A stretch of 64,000 bases of DNA. It comes from Verrucomicrobiia bacterium. GTDB lineage: Bacteria; Verrucomicrobiota; Verrucomicrobiia; Verrucomicrobiales; Akkermansiaceae. The position numbers and the translations under genes are program-made. How positions within the stretch are numbered: position 1 is the stretch's first letter; every line of letters starts with the position of its first letter. The notes under the pieces are model-generated. The model did no database searches. It saw only the letters and a list, made by a program, of their open reading frames with translations, and was not told where the DNA came from. This document shows positions 19,355 to 30,564 of the stretch, piece by piece. The DNA lies in assembly GCA_030431475.1 (NCBI GenBank), contig JAUIJD010000004.1, forward strand, positions 115,194 to 179,193, given 5' to 3'.

Positions 19355-19765
19355 ATGGCGTTCCCCTGCAGCCCCTACGACGAAATCGACGGCCTCATCT
19401 ACTTTCCCCGGATGTGCGACAAGATCCGCCTCCACCAGCGGGGCGAGCTTCCGCAGGACTACCACGCCAATCTCGGCAGCGGCATGGATCTGTGGACCTG
19501 CCAGTTCCTCGGCGTCGATTACGAAGGCCTCGCCGAGCAGGTCCGCGCAGGGGCCGACGACGAGATGACGCTGATCTGGGCCCGCCGCCACGGCGTCGCG
19601 CGGCCCGACCACGAGTTTGCCTGGTGGAGTGCCTACATGCGCACCCGGGGTTTCCGCGACGATCTGGCCGAGCGCCTGGACCAGCGGAAGAAGGAGTCGG
19701 GATTCGAGGATCGCAGGGATATCCAGACCTTCATGGACTACATCGACGCCGACGAGGGCCGCTGA
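19355..19765 (+). CDS. DUF5069-like protein
   Basis: SPYDEIDGLIYFPRMCDKIRL..GELP.DY..NLG.GMD...CQFLGVDY; 3' end of ORF-track entry 16565-19765. Confidence 0.7.
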   Translation: MAFPCSPYDEIDGLIYFPRMCDKIRLHQRGELPQDYHANLGSGMDLWTCQFLGVDYEGLAEQVRAGADDEMTLIWARRHGVARPDHEFAWWSAYMRTRGFRDDLAERLDQRKKESGFEDRRDIQTFMDYIDADEGR

Positions 19766-19851
19766 GAAATTCCTTGTAGGCTGAAGGAAAACGAGTTATT
19801 CACATCGCAACGTCGCACCCACGACGTCGTCGAGATCCACCCCGCTCGTTC

Positions 19852-20664
19852 ATGTTCCCCAAACAGCTTCTTTTTTCAGGCGCGATCCTTGCCTTCGCTG
19901 CCTCTCCTGTCGTCGGGCAGACCTTCGGCTATGACGGCACCTCGCCGTATGCCCCGAACACCTACCGCATCGTTCAGGACTACGTGGCCCAGGACTCGGG
20001 TGGAAACCCGGCGGCGATCAACTTCAACAACAGCACCGGATCCGGCCCCAACCCCTACTCGGTGAATCCCGTGGGCCTCAAGCGGACCACCGTCACCCTC
20101 GGCGACGGCAGCGAGGTCACCGTCACGGATCTCTGCACCCAGATGTTCGTCGGCCCCACCGGAACGTCGACCTACGACGTCGCCGCCGGCTTCGGTTCTC
20201 TCTCCGCCACTCAGGAAAACGATCTCCGGGCGCTGTTTTCAAACACGCTCGCCGATTTTCTGCTGATCGCCGCATCCGACTACGATCAGGCGGCCACTTT
20301 CGGCGCCGCCATCCAACTGGCCGCTTGGGAGATCATCGAAGATGATCAGTTCGGCACCGGCTTCTACTCTCTCGATGACAATCCCGTTGGGGTTCCCGGC
20401 GCGTTTGATTTGTCCGTGATCGACTTCGCGTCCGGCTACACCGGCACCGCCGCCGATGCCCTTCTTCTCGCCGAGAGCCACCTCGCGGAGATCAACGCCG
20501 GCAACTGGACGGACAACGGCGGCTACAACTACTTCTACGCCTCCGCCCAGGCGGGCGAGCAGGACCGGATGTGGATCACGGTCGGAACGACCACCATCCC
20601 CGAACCCTCGACTGCTCTTCTCGGCCTCGCGGGTGGCCTGCTTCTCCTGCGCCGCCGCCGCTGA
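19852..20664 (+). CDS. PEP-CTERM (exosortase-targeted) surface protein
   Basis: Signal peptide; C-terminal IPEPSTALLGLAGGLLLLRRRR. Confidence 0.92.
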   Translation: MFPKQLLFSGAILAFAASPVVGQTFGYDGTSPYAPNTYRIVQDYVAQDSGGNPAAINFNNSTGSGPNPYSVNPVGLKRTTVTLGDGSEVTVTDLCTQMFVGPTGTSTYDVAAGFGSLSATQENDLRALFSNTLADFLLIAASDYDQAATFGAAIQLAAWEIIEDDQFGTGFYSLDDNPVGVPGAFDLSVIDFASGYTGTAADALLLAESHLAEINAGNWTDNGGYNYFYASAQAGEQDRMWITVGTTTIPEPSTALLGLAGGLLLLRRRR

Positions 20665-20685
20665 GTTCCGGCGCCCTCCCTTTTC

Positions 20686-20720
20686 AAGCCCGCCTTTCCC
20701 CCGTGGACGGCGGGCTTTTT
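20686..20720 (+). terminator. Intrinsic terminator
   Basis: AAGCCCGCC / GGCGGGCTT stem followed by a T run. Confidence 0.75.
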
Positions 20721-20764
20721 CGTGGTCCGATCCTGTCGGCTTCCACGCGTTTCCTCCGATGCGC

Positions 20765-20792
20765 TGGACGGGCGCGGGCCGCCTCCTAGAGT
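20765..20792 (+). promoter_or_regulatory. Putative sigma70 promoter, probably leaderless fumarase mRNA
   Basis: TGGACG-N16-TAGAGT ending 6 nt before the ATG; no SD. Confidence 0.45.
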
Positions 20793-20798
20793 CGCCGC

Positions 20799-22430
<1,632 letters not shown>

Positions 22431-22492
22431 GCGTGGCGCAAAGCTCCAGCTTTGTGAATCGATGCACACTGGCTCCGCCGTGTGCTGCGGAG

Positions 22493-22562
22493 CCCAAGCA
22501 CCCAACCCCAGCACCCAACCCCAGCACCCAACCCCAGCACCCAACCCAAGCACCCAACCCCG
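22493..22562. repeat. Tandem 13-bp repeat (CCCAACCCCAGCA), about 5 copies
   Basis: Units start at 22501, 22514, 22527 (identical), 22540 (1 mismatch) and 22553 (partial); preceded by hairpin GGCTCCGC/GCGGAGCC at 22471-22494. Confidence 0.95.
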
Positions 22563-22640
22563 AACTTTCTCCCCTTCCCCTGCCTCACCCGGCGCCCCCT
22601 CGCCCCCCTTGGAATTTCCCGCCAACAACCCACTTTTGCC

Positions 22641-22668
22641 TTGCCAACCTTCACCTGACCCCTAGTTT
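22641..22668 (+). promoter_or_regulatory. Putative sigma70 promoter of rpmI-rplT
   Basis: TTGCCA-N16-TAGTTT, 9 nt before the ATG. Confidence 0.45.
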
Positions 22669-22677
22669 CGCCGCCCC

Positions 22678-22887
22678 ATGGCTCGAACCGCAGGAAAAGC
22701 AAAGACTCGGAAGGCTGTCGCCAAACGCTTCAAGGTGACCGGCACCGGGAAGGTCCTGCGCCGGAAACAGGGCAAGCGCCACTTGCTTCAAAACAAGAAC
22801 CGCAAACGCAAGCGGAACTTGGGCAAGGCCACGCTCGTTTCCGACGCCGACATCAAGAATGTGAAGGAAAACCTTCCCTTCAGCTAA
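22678..22887 (+). CDS. rpmI: 50S ribosomal protein L35
   Basis: KAKTRKAVAKRFKVTGTGKVLR...GKRHLL..K..KRKRNL. Confidence 0.95.
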   Translation: MARTAGKAKTRKAVAKRFKVTGTGKVLRRKQGKRHLLQNKNRKRKRNLGKATLVSDADIKNVKENLPFS

Positions 22888-23032
22888 GCCACCGCGTCGA
22901 ACGCCCATCACGCCTCCGTCGGCGTTCAACGACGGACCTCCATTGCCGCCAGATCCCCACGGGATACAGCCGGACGAGCGAGACGGCAGGAGGAAGACGA
23001 AACCAACGGCCCGTCCGACCTGACCAAAGAAA

Positions 23033-23410
23033 ATGCCACGCGCAACCAACAGCCCGGCCTCGCGCGCCCGCCGCAAGCGGGTGCTCCAGCGTGCCAAAGG
23101 CTTCCGCGGATTCCGCTCGAAGCTCTACCGCTACGCCAAGGACGCCGTCCGCAAGGCCCACACCTACGAATACCGTGACCGCAAGAAGCGGAAAGGCCAG
23201 TTCCGCCGTCTCTGGATCCAGCGCATCAGCGCCGCGACCCGCAACGAAGGCCTGACCTACTCCCGCTTCATCGAGGGGCTCAACGCCGCCGGCATCGAAG
23301 CCGACCGCAAGATCCTCGCCGACCTCGCCGTGACCGACGCCGAAGCCTTCAAGGCCATCGTCGATCAAGCCAAGGCCGCCCTCGAAAAGAAGAAGGAAGA
23401 AGCGGCCTGA
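23033..23410 (+). CDS. rplT: 50S ribosomal protein L20
   Basis: [44 protein letters not shown]. Confidence 0.97.
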   Translation: MPRATNSPASRARRKRVLQRAKGFRGFRSKLYRYAKDAVRKAHTYEYRDRKKRKGQFRRLWIQRISAATRNEGLTYSRFIEGLNAAGIEADRKILADLAVTDAEAFKAIVDQAKAALEKKKEEAA

Positions 23411-23435
23411 ACCGCCTCCTCCCACCCCTTCTCCC

Positions 23436-23473
23436 AAACGCCGCCCGGCCTCGTGCCCGGCGGCGTTTCTTTT
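23436..23473 (+). terminator. Intrinsic terminator after rplT
   Basis: AAACGCCGCC / GGCGGCGTTT stem followed by CTTTT. Confidence 0.7.
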
Positions 23474-23544
23474 GGAGAATCGACATTCCTGTCGATCGGC
23501 AAGCCCCGCATCCGGTCCCGCGGCCCGCAAACCCCCGCTCCCCA

Positions 23545-23573
23545 TTGACCAGCACGCTCTCACCCGCTATGCC
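23545..23573 (+). promoter_or_regulatory. Putative sigma70 promoter of pheS
   Basis: TTGACC-N17-TATGCC between the rplT terminator and pheS. Confidence 0.4.
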
Positions 23574-23586
23574 CGCCCCGCCTCCC

Positions 23587-24603
23587 ATGAAGGACCAGAT
23601 CGAAGCCACCCAGACCGAAGCCCTCGAGCGCATCGGCAACATCGAGGATGCCCGCAGCTTGGAGGACGCCCGCGTCGCGATCCTCGGCAAGCAAGGCAGC
23701 CTGACCAAGCTCTCCGCCGGGATGCGCGAGGTCCCGAAGGAGCAGAAGGCCGAGGTCGGCCAGCTTCTGAATGCCGCCCGGCAGGCCATCACCGCCGCCC
23801 TCGAAGAGGCGAAGTCCGCGCTTCAGGCCGCGGCCGACTCCAAAGCACTCGAGGGCGTCGATCTCACCCTGCCCCCGCGCCCGCTTCACACCGGCTCCCT
23901 TCACCCGCTCACCCTCATTCGGGATGAGGCAACCTCCATTCTCCGGCGCATGGGATTCGCCCTGGCCGAGGGCCCGGAGATCGAAGACGAGTTCCACTGC
24001 TTCGACGCCCTCAACACCCCCGAGGACCACCCCGCCCGAAACGAGAAGGACACCTTCTATTTCGACTCCGGCAAGCTGCTCCGCACCCACACCTCCAGCG
24101 TCCAGATCCGGACCATGGAAACCGGCCGGCCGCCGGTGCGGATCATCGCTCCCGGGTCGGCCTACCGCCGCGATGAGATCGACGCCACCCACCTCTCGGT
24201 CTTCAACCAACTGGAAGGCCTCTACGTCGATGCCGACGTTTCCCTCGGAGACCTCAAGGGCACGTTGGAGTATTTCTTCCACGAGCTCTTCGGTTCCGAC
24301 ACCGACGTCCGCTTTCGCCCTCACTTCTTCCCCTTTACCGAACCGAGCTTCGAGATCGACGTGAAGCTCCACGTCAAAGGTCAGGCACCGAAGTGGATCG
24401 AGGTCGCCGGCTGCGGCATGGTCGATCCCGCCGTGTTCGAGTCCATCGATGCCGGCCGCAAGGACGACGCCTTCGATCCCGCGAAGGTCACCGGCTTCGC
24501 CTTCGGCATGGGACTCGACCGCCTCGCGATGATCCGCTGGGGCATCAAGGACATCCGCCTGCTCATCGAGAACGACGCCCGCTTCCTCCGGCAGTTCGCG
24601 TGA
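23587..24603 (+). CDS. pheS: Phenylalanine--tRNA ligase alpha subunit
   Basis: HPARNEKDTFY, LLRTHTS, YRRDEIDATH, FPFTEPSFE, EVAGCGMV, FAFGMGLDRLAM. Confidence 0.97.
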   Translation: MKDQIEATQTEALERIGNIEDARSLEDARVAILGKQGSLTKLSAGMREVPKEQKAEVGQLLNAARQAITAALEEAKSALQAAADSKALEGVDLTLPPRPLHTGSLHPLTLIRDEATSILRRMGFALAEGPEIEDEFHCFDALNTPEDHPARNEKDTFYFDSGKLLRTHTSSVQIRTMETGRPPVRIIAPGSAYRRDEIDATHLSVFNQLEGLYVDADVSLGDLKGTLEYFFHELFGSDTDVRFRPHFFPFTEPSFEIDVKLHVKGQAPKWIEVAGCGMVDPAVFESIDAGRKDDAFDPAKVTGFAFGMGLDRLAMIRWGIKDIRLLIENDARFLRQFA

Positions 24604-24609
24604 GGCGGG

Positions 24610-24641
24610 CAGATGGAAGATGGTGGATGGTAGATGATGGA
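24610..24641 (+). repeat. Heptamer array (NNGATGG)n, left arm of an inverted repeat
   Basis: CAGATGG AAGATGG TGGATGG TAGATGA TGGA; 24619-24636 is the exact reverse complement of 25063-25080. Confidence 0.9.
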
Positions 24642-25047
24642 AGCTGACGCCATGGACGACGCTCCTTTTGGATACAAGAAGTTGAGAATTTGGCAGGCCT
24701 CGAGGGAACTGGTGAATGCGATTCACCGGATGAGCTTGGAGAAGCTCCCCAAGTTCGAGCTCTACGAGGAAGGGATCCAGATTCGGCGTAGCATCAAGTC
24801 GGTGAAATCCAATATCGTGGAAGGATACGGCCGGCGGCGCTACAACGCGGAATACATCCGATTCCTCGATTTCTCGTATGCCTCCTGCCTCGAAACCATC
24901 GACCACCTCGAGACGCTCCACGAATCGGGCTCATTGAGCGACATCGATTTCTTTGAGGACCTCGAACGACGCCTCACCGATCTCTCCAAATCCATCTACC
25001 TGTTTATCAAGGGAGTGGAACGCCAACACGACCCGGATCGCACCTAG
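24634..25047 (+). CDS. Four-helix-bundle protein (23S rRNA IVS-protein / Avd-like family)
   Basis: YKKLRIWQ.S.EL, LPKFELY...QIRRS..SV.SNIVEGYGRR, RFL.FS.ASC.ET..HL; GC visibly lower than pheS/pheT. Confidence 0.9.
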   Translation: MMEADAMDDAPFGYKKLRIWQASRELVNAIHRMSLEKLPKFELYEEGIQIRRSIKSVKSNIVEGYGRRRYNAEYIRFLDFSYASCLETIDHLETLHESGSLSDIDFFEDLERRLTDLSKSIYLFIKGVERQHDPDRT

Positions 25048-25083
25048 GGATCCACCATCCTCCATCTACCATCCACCATCATG
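25048..25083 (+). repeat. Heptamer array (CCATCNN)n, right arm of an inverted repeat
   Basis: GGATCCA CCATCCT CCATCTA CCATCCA CCATCAT; the last unit overlaps the pheT ATG. Confidence 0.9.
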
Positions 25084-27456
25084 AATGTGTCGCTCAACTG
25101 GCTCGCCACCCACGTCGACCTCAAGGGCAAGTCGCCCGATGAACTGGACAAGCTCCTGACCTTCGCCGGAGTCGAGGTCGAGGGCATCGAAGTCAAGGGC
25201 GTGCCCTCCGACACCATCGTCGTCGCCCAGATCAAGGAAGCCGTCCAGCACCCGAATGCCGACAAGCTGAAGGTCACGCAAGTCGATGCCGGCGAGGGCC
25301 AGCTCCGACAGATCGTCTGCGGTGCGCAGAACTACCAGGTCGGTGACAAGGTGCCCTGCTGCCTCCCCGGCACCGACCTCGGGGGCTTCGTCATCAAGGA
25401 GGCGAAGATGCGTGGAGAGGAGTCGAAAGGCATGCTCGCCGCCGCTTCCGAAATCGGCCTGACCGATGTCGAGGACGGGCTGATGATTCTCCCGGAAGAT
25501 GCCGAGGTCGGTCGCCCGGTGAAGGAACTGTTCGATGCGGACGTGCTGCTTGAGGTCGAGGTCACCCCGAACCGCCCCGATCTCCTCAGCCACTACGGCA
25601 TGGCCCGTGAAATGGCGACCCTGCTCGAGGTGCCCTTCGTGGATCTTCAGATCCCCGAGCGTGGCGCGACGGTCGCCAAGGGCATCCGGCTCGAGGCGGC
25701 CGACGCCTGCCCCTACTACACCGCGGTCCGGATCTCCGGCGTCGAGGTGAAGGAAAGCCCCTCATGGCTCAAGGAACGCCTCGAGGCGATCGGCCTCCGC
25801 CCGATCAACAACATCGTCGACATCACCAACTTCGTGCTCCACGAACTGGGCCAGCCGCTGCACGCCTTCGACGACGCGAAGGTGTCGGGCGGAATCGTCG
25901 TCCGCACCGCGAAGGACGGCGAGGTGTTCCAAGCCCTCGACGAGGCCGACTACCCGCTGGAGCCCGAGGACTGCGTGATTTCCGATGAATCCGGCGCCGC
26001 CCTGGCACTGGGAGGCGTGATGGGCGGACTCGACAGCGGGGTGGTTGAAGGCACCACCAACATCCTGCTAGAATCGGCTTACTTCACCCCCTCCCGCATC
26101 CGCCGCACCTCGCGGCGCACCGCGCTGATGTCCGATTCTTCCTATCGCTTCGAACGCGGAGTCGACCCGGCCGGTGTCGACCGGGCCTCGGCGCTGGCGG
26201 TCAAACTGATCCTCGAGCTCGCAGGTGGCACCGTCGAAGGCTCCACGATGGCAGCCGGCGAAGCGCCCGTCGTGACGACGGCGGTGGGCCTCCATCTCGA
26301 CCAGCTCGACCAGCTCACGGGCGGCAGCATCTCCCACGACGATGCGGCGTCCATCCTCACCCGCCTCGGCCTGCGGAAGGACGAGGCCGGCCTCTGGGAG
26401 GTTCCTTCCTTCCGGGCCGATCTGCAGCGCCACATCGACCTCGTGGAGGAAATCGTCCGGGTGAAGGGCCTGGACGCCGTTCCGTCACGCTTGCGCGGCA
26501 GCTTCGTCCCCTCCAGTGCCGTCGATCATGCCTACGACGCCGACATGCGCCTGCGCCACCGGCTGGCAGGGCTTGGTTTCCACGAGTGCCAGACCATCAA
26601 GTTGATCTCCGACGCGCAGCTCGCGGATGCCCTGCCGTTGAAGCCGCTGCGCGATGGCGACACCATCCGGGTGAGCCTCCCGCTCAGCGAGGATCACGCC
26701 GTGATGCGCCCGAGTCTGGCGCCGGGGCTGATTGCCTCGGCAGCCCGCAACCTCCGCCAGGGAGCCGAGAGCCTGCGGCTGTTCGAAATGGGACGCTTCT
26801 TCCGGAATGCCGGTGGCGGAAAGGCCCGGGACCTCGAGTCCGACAGCCTGGCGATTCTCCTCTCGGGCCCCCGCCGGCCGGCGGGCTGGGACGGCAACCC
26901 CGGAACCCAAGACCTCTACGATCTGCTCGCCGTGGTGCAGGCGTTGATCCCCGGCGAAACCGTGCGTCTCTCCCCTCGTGAACGCGACGGTTGGGCACTC
27001 GGTGCCGACCTTCAGGCCGCCGGTCAGAATCTCGGATCCTTCGCGATGCTACTCCCCGCCCGCCAGCGGGAACTGGATGCCACGGCGCCGATCTTTGTCG
27101 CGGAGATCGACCTCCAGAAGCTTCGCAAGCTGTCCGCCGTTTCGACCGAAATCGACGACCTCCCCCAGTTCCCGGGCTCGAGCCGCGACGCGGCGATCGA
27201 TGCGCCCGTCGATCTCCCCAACGCCGAGATCGAGAAGGCCCTCGCCAAGGTAAAGGAGCCCCTGCTGGCGAGCTACGAGTGCTTCGACCTGTTCGTCGAT
27301 CCCAGCGGGGAGCGCCTCGCCGCCGACCGCAAGTCGATCGCCTACCGGCTCCACTATCGTTCGGCGGAGAAAACGCTGAAGACGAAGCAGGTCGATCAGG
27401 CTCACCAAGGCATCCTCGACCACCTGACGAAGAGCCTCCCGATCCGCTTCCGCTGA
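25081..27456 (+). CDS. pheT: Phenylalanine--tRNA ligase beta subunit
   Basis: QHPNADKL, IVCGAQN, EVTPNRPDLLSHYGMARE, INNIVDITNFV, SSYRFERGVD, C-terminal KSIAYRL.YR...KTL. Confidence 0.97.
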   Translation: MNVSLNWLATHVDLKGKSPDELDKLLTFAGVEVEGIEVKGVPSDTIVVAQIKEAVQHPNADKLKVTQVDAGEGQLRQIVCGAQNYQVGDKVPCCLPGTDLGGFVIKEAKMRGEESKGMLAAASEIGLTDVEDGLMILPEDAEVGRPVKELFDADVLLEVEVTPNRPDLLSHYGMAREMATLLEVPFVDLQIPERGATVAKGIRLEAADACPYYTAVRISGVEVKESPSWLKERLEAIGLRPINNIVDITNFVLHELGQPLHAFDDAKVSGGIVVRTAKDGEVFQALDEADYPLEPEDCVISDESGAALALGGVMGGLDSGVVEGTTNILLESAYFTPSRIRRTSRRTALMSDSSYRFERGVDPAGVDRASALAVKLILELAGGTVEGSTMAAGEAPVVTTAVGLHLDQLDQLTGGSISHDDAASILTRLGLRKDEAGLWEVPSFRADLQRHIDLVEEIVRVKGLDAVPSRLRGSFVPSSAVDHAYDADMRLRHRLAGLGFHECQTIKLISDAQLADALPLKPLRDGDTIRVSLPLSEDHAVMRPSLAPGLIASAARNLRQGAESLRLFEMGRFFRNAGGGKARDLESDSLAILLSGPRRPAGWDGNPGTQDLYDLLAVVQALIPGETVRLSPRERDGWALGADLQAAGQNLGSFAMLLPARQRELDATAPIFVAEIDLQKLRKLSAVSTEIDDLPQFPGSSRDAAIDAPVDLPNAEIEKALAKVKEPLLASYECFDLFVDPSGERLAADRKSIAYRLHYRSAEKTLKTKQVDQAHQGILDHLTKSLPIRFR

Positions 27457-27490
27457 GGAAGGCCGGGAGCCGGCGGTGCTCCAGGAATTC

Positions 27491-27724
27491 TCAGTCCAGG
27501 TCCGAACTGGTCACCGAAGTCTGTTCGCGGGAACCAAGCAGTCGTGCCTGTTCGACCACGCGCTGTGGCGTCTCGTCGAAGCGGTAGCTGTGGCAGTTGG
27601 GACACAGCACCACCTGAGCGCCGACGATCGAATCACAGCCTTCGCAAACCTTGTAGCCCGACGGATTGGCGGCAATCTGCTCGGCCTTCTCGCGACGGCT
27701 TTGGATGGGTGAGGAATCCGACAT
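27491..27724 (-). CDS. Small zinc-ribbon-like hypothetical protein
   Basis: CEGC..CPNC (two CxxC); fills the gap between pheT and rpsT. Confidence 0.65.
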   Translation of the reverse strand: MSDSSPIQSRREKAEQIAANPSGYKVCEGCDSIVGAQVVLCPNCHSYRFDETPQRVVEQARLLGSREQTSVTSSDLD

Positions 27725-27802
27725 GGGTGATAGCAAAAGAGGCGGCTCCGGGAAAGTCCGGCGCCGCCTCGGAAAAAAGTTCCGACGGAACGAGCAGGCG
27801 GC

Positions 27803-28066
27803 TCAACCGACCGAAGCAACGGCCTTGGCGGCGCGGCTCTTGAGGTTGGCGGCCTTGTTCTTGTGGATCATCCCCTTCTTCGCGGCCTTGTCCACGGCCG
27901 AGGAGAACTTCGAGAGCGACTCGGTCGCCGTCTTGGCATCGCCGGACTCGATGGCGGCAAGCGTCTCCTTGCGGAGCGTCTTGATCGTGTTCTTGCGCTG
28001 ACGGTTGCGCTCGGTGCGGGTCTTCGTCTGACGAACGCGCTTGAGGGCTGACTTGTGGTTGGCCAT
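27803..28066 (-). CDS. rpsT: 30S ribosomal protein S20
   Basis: MANHKSALKRVRQ, DKAAKKGMIHKNKAA. Confidence 0.97.
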   Translation of the reverse strand: MANHKSALKRVRQTKTRTERNRQRKNTIKTLRKETLAAIESGDAKTATESLSKFSSAVDKAAKKGMIHKNKAANLKSRAAKAVASVG

Positions 28067-28117
28067 GGATGCTAGGGAATCTCGGTCGTTGGCGCCGCTA
28101 TCCGGCGCGGGGGCGGG

Positions 28118-28145
28118 ACTTTAGGGGCTGAAGCCGCCTTGTCAA
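28118..28145 (-). promoter_or_regulatory. sigma70 promoter of rpsT
   Basis: Minus strand TTGACA-N16-TAAAGT. Confidence 0.6.
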
Positions 28146-28162
28146 GCTCGTCGGTGAGAATC

Positions 28163-28795
28163 TCAGGAGGCGGAAACGAGCCCCAGGAACTTGGCATCTC
28201 CCTTTCGCTTGGCGGCATACTCCCGTCCCTCACGAGTCTGCAGAAGGGAACCCCGGAACACCCGGACTTCGGCTCCCTCCCCCACCCGGTTGTAGAGGTC
28301 CACCACATCGCGCATTCCCATGCGGATGCACCCATAGGACGCGGGGCGGCCCAGACGCCATTCTTCCGGCGTCCCGTGGATGTAGATCAGGCGACGGAAG
28401 GTGTTGCGGTTGTGACGATCCTTTCCGTCGAGCCAGAGAATGCGGCTGACGATGGGGTCGCGGCCGGGCGCATTCGGTCGAAGGACCTCACCGGTCGGGC
28501 GACGGCTCTTGAAGACCATTCCCTTCGGTTGGCCGTCGCCGATCTTTCTCGCCACCTCCATGCGGCCCAGCGGCGTGCGGTTGCTCCCCGGCTGCGATCC
28601 GAGTCCGAACTTCGAGGTCGACACGGTGTAGCTCTTCACCGGCTTGCCGTCGCGAACCAACAACATCCGCTGATCGCGTACGCTCACCAGCATCTTGTTG
28701 CGATTGTCCTTTCCGCTGCCGCAGGAATTGAGCGCCATGCTGCCGACGACCAGCAGCAAGCCGAACATCAGGTTTCTCAAGATGACGAGTTTCAT
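28163..28795 (-). CDS. L,D-transpeptidase (YkuD) lipoprotein
   Basis: Lipobox LNSC; VSTSKFG, TPLG, IYIHGT, ASYGCIRM. Confidence 0.88.
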   Translation of the reverse strand: MKLVILRNLMFGLLLVVGSMALNSCGSGKDNRNKMLVSVRDQRMLLVRDGKPVKSYTVSTSKFGLGSQPGSNRTPLGRMEVARKIGDGQPKGMVFKSRRPTGEVLRPNAPGRDPIVSRILWLDGKDRHNRNTFRRLIYIHGTPEEWRLGRPASYGCIRMGMRDVVDLYNRVGEGAEVRVFRGSLLQTREGREYAAKRKGDAKFLGLVSAS

Positions 28796-28823
28796 GGGCT
28801 GTAGGAAACGCTTCGGACTTCGG

Positions 28824-30320
<1,497 letters not shown>

Positions 30321-30564
30321 GACGAAAGTAACTTTGAGGGTGAAGGGAGTGCTTCAGACGGAGAGAATGACCTGCCGATGCCGTCAACCGGGGTCGACAC
30401 GGGCCACCGGAGGCACCAGGAAGGCGGACGGATGAATTCCCACCCGGGCCGCAGGCCAGCACGAAAACCATTGAAGGTCAAGCCCTGAGAGCAGCATCTT
30501 CCGCGCCATCCACGGCACCGATGCCGGGAACTCCCCGCGTCTCAAGCTCTGCCGGGCGAGCGGA

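Noticed and set aside
19766-19851. sigma54 promoter or enhancer upstream of the PEP-CTERM gene, as in proteobacterial PrsR systems
   Set aside because: No TGGCAC-N5-TTGC-like element was found in this spacer.
22493-22562. Tandem repeat considered as a mini-CRISPR
   Set aside because: The units are contiguous 13-mers with no unique spacers, and there are no cas genes.
24634-25047. Four-helix-bundle protein as Avd of a diversity-generating retroelement
   Set aside because: There is no reverse transcriptase and no TR/VR pair with A-specific mismatches in the window.
30321-30564. 245-bp gap upstream of GT2 as a riboswitch or small ORF
   Set aside because: I recognised no riboswitch consensus, and the overlapping ORF-track entries look non-coding.
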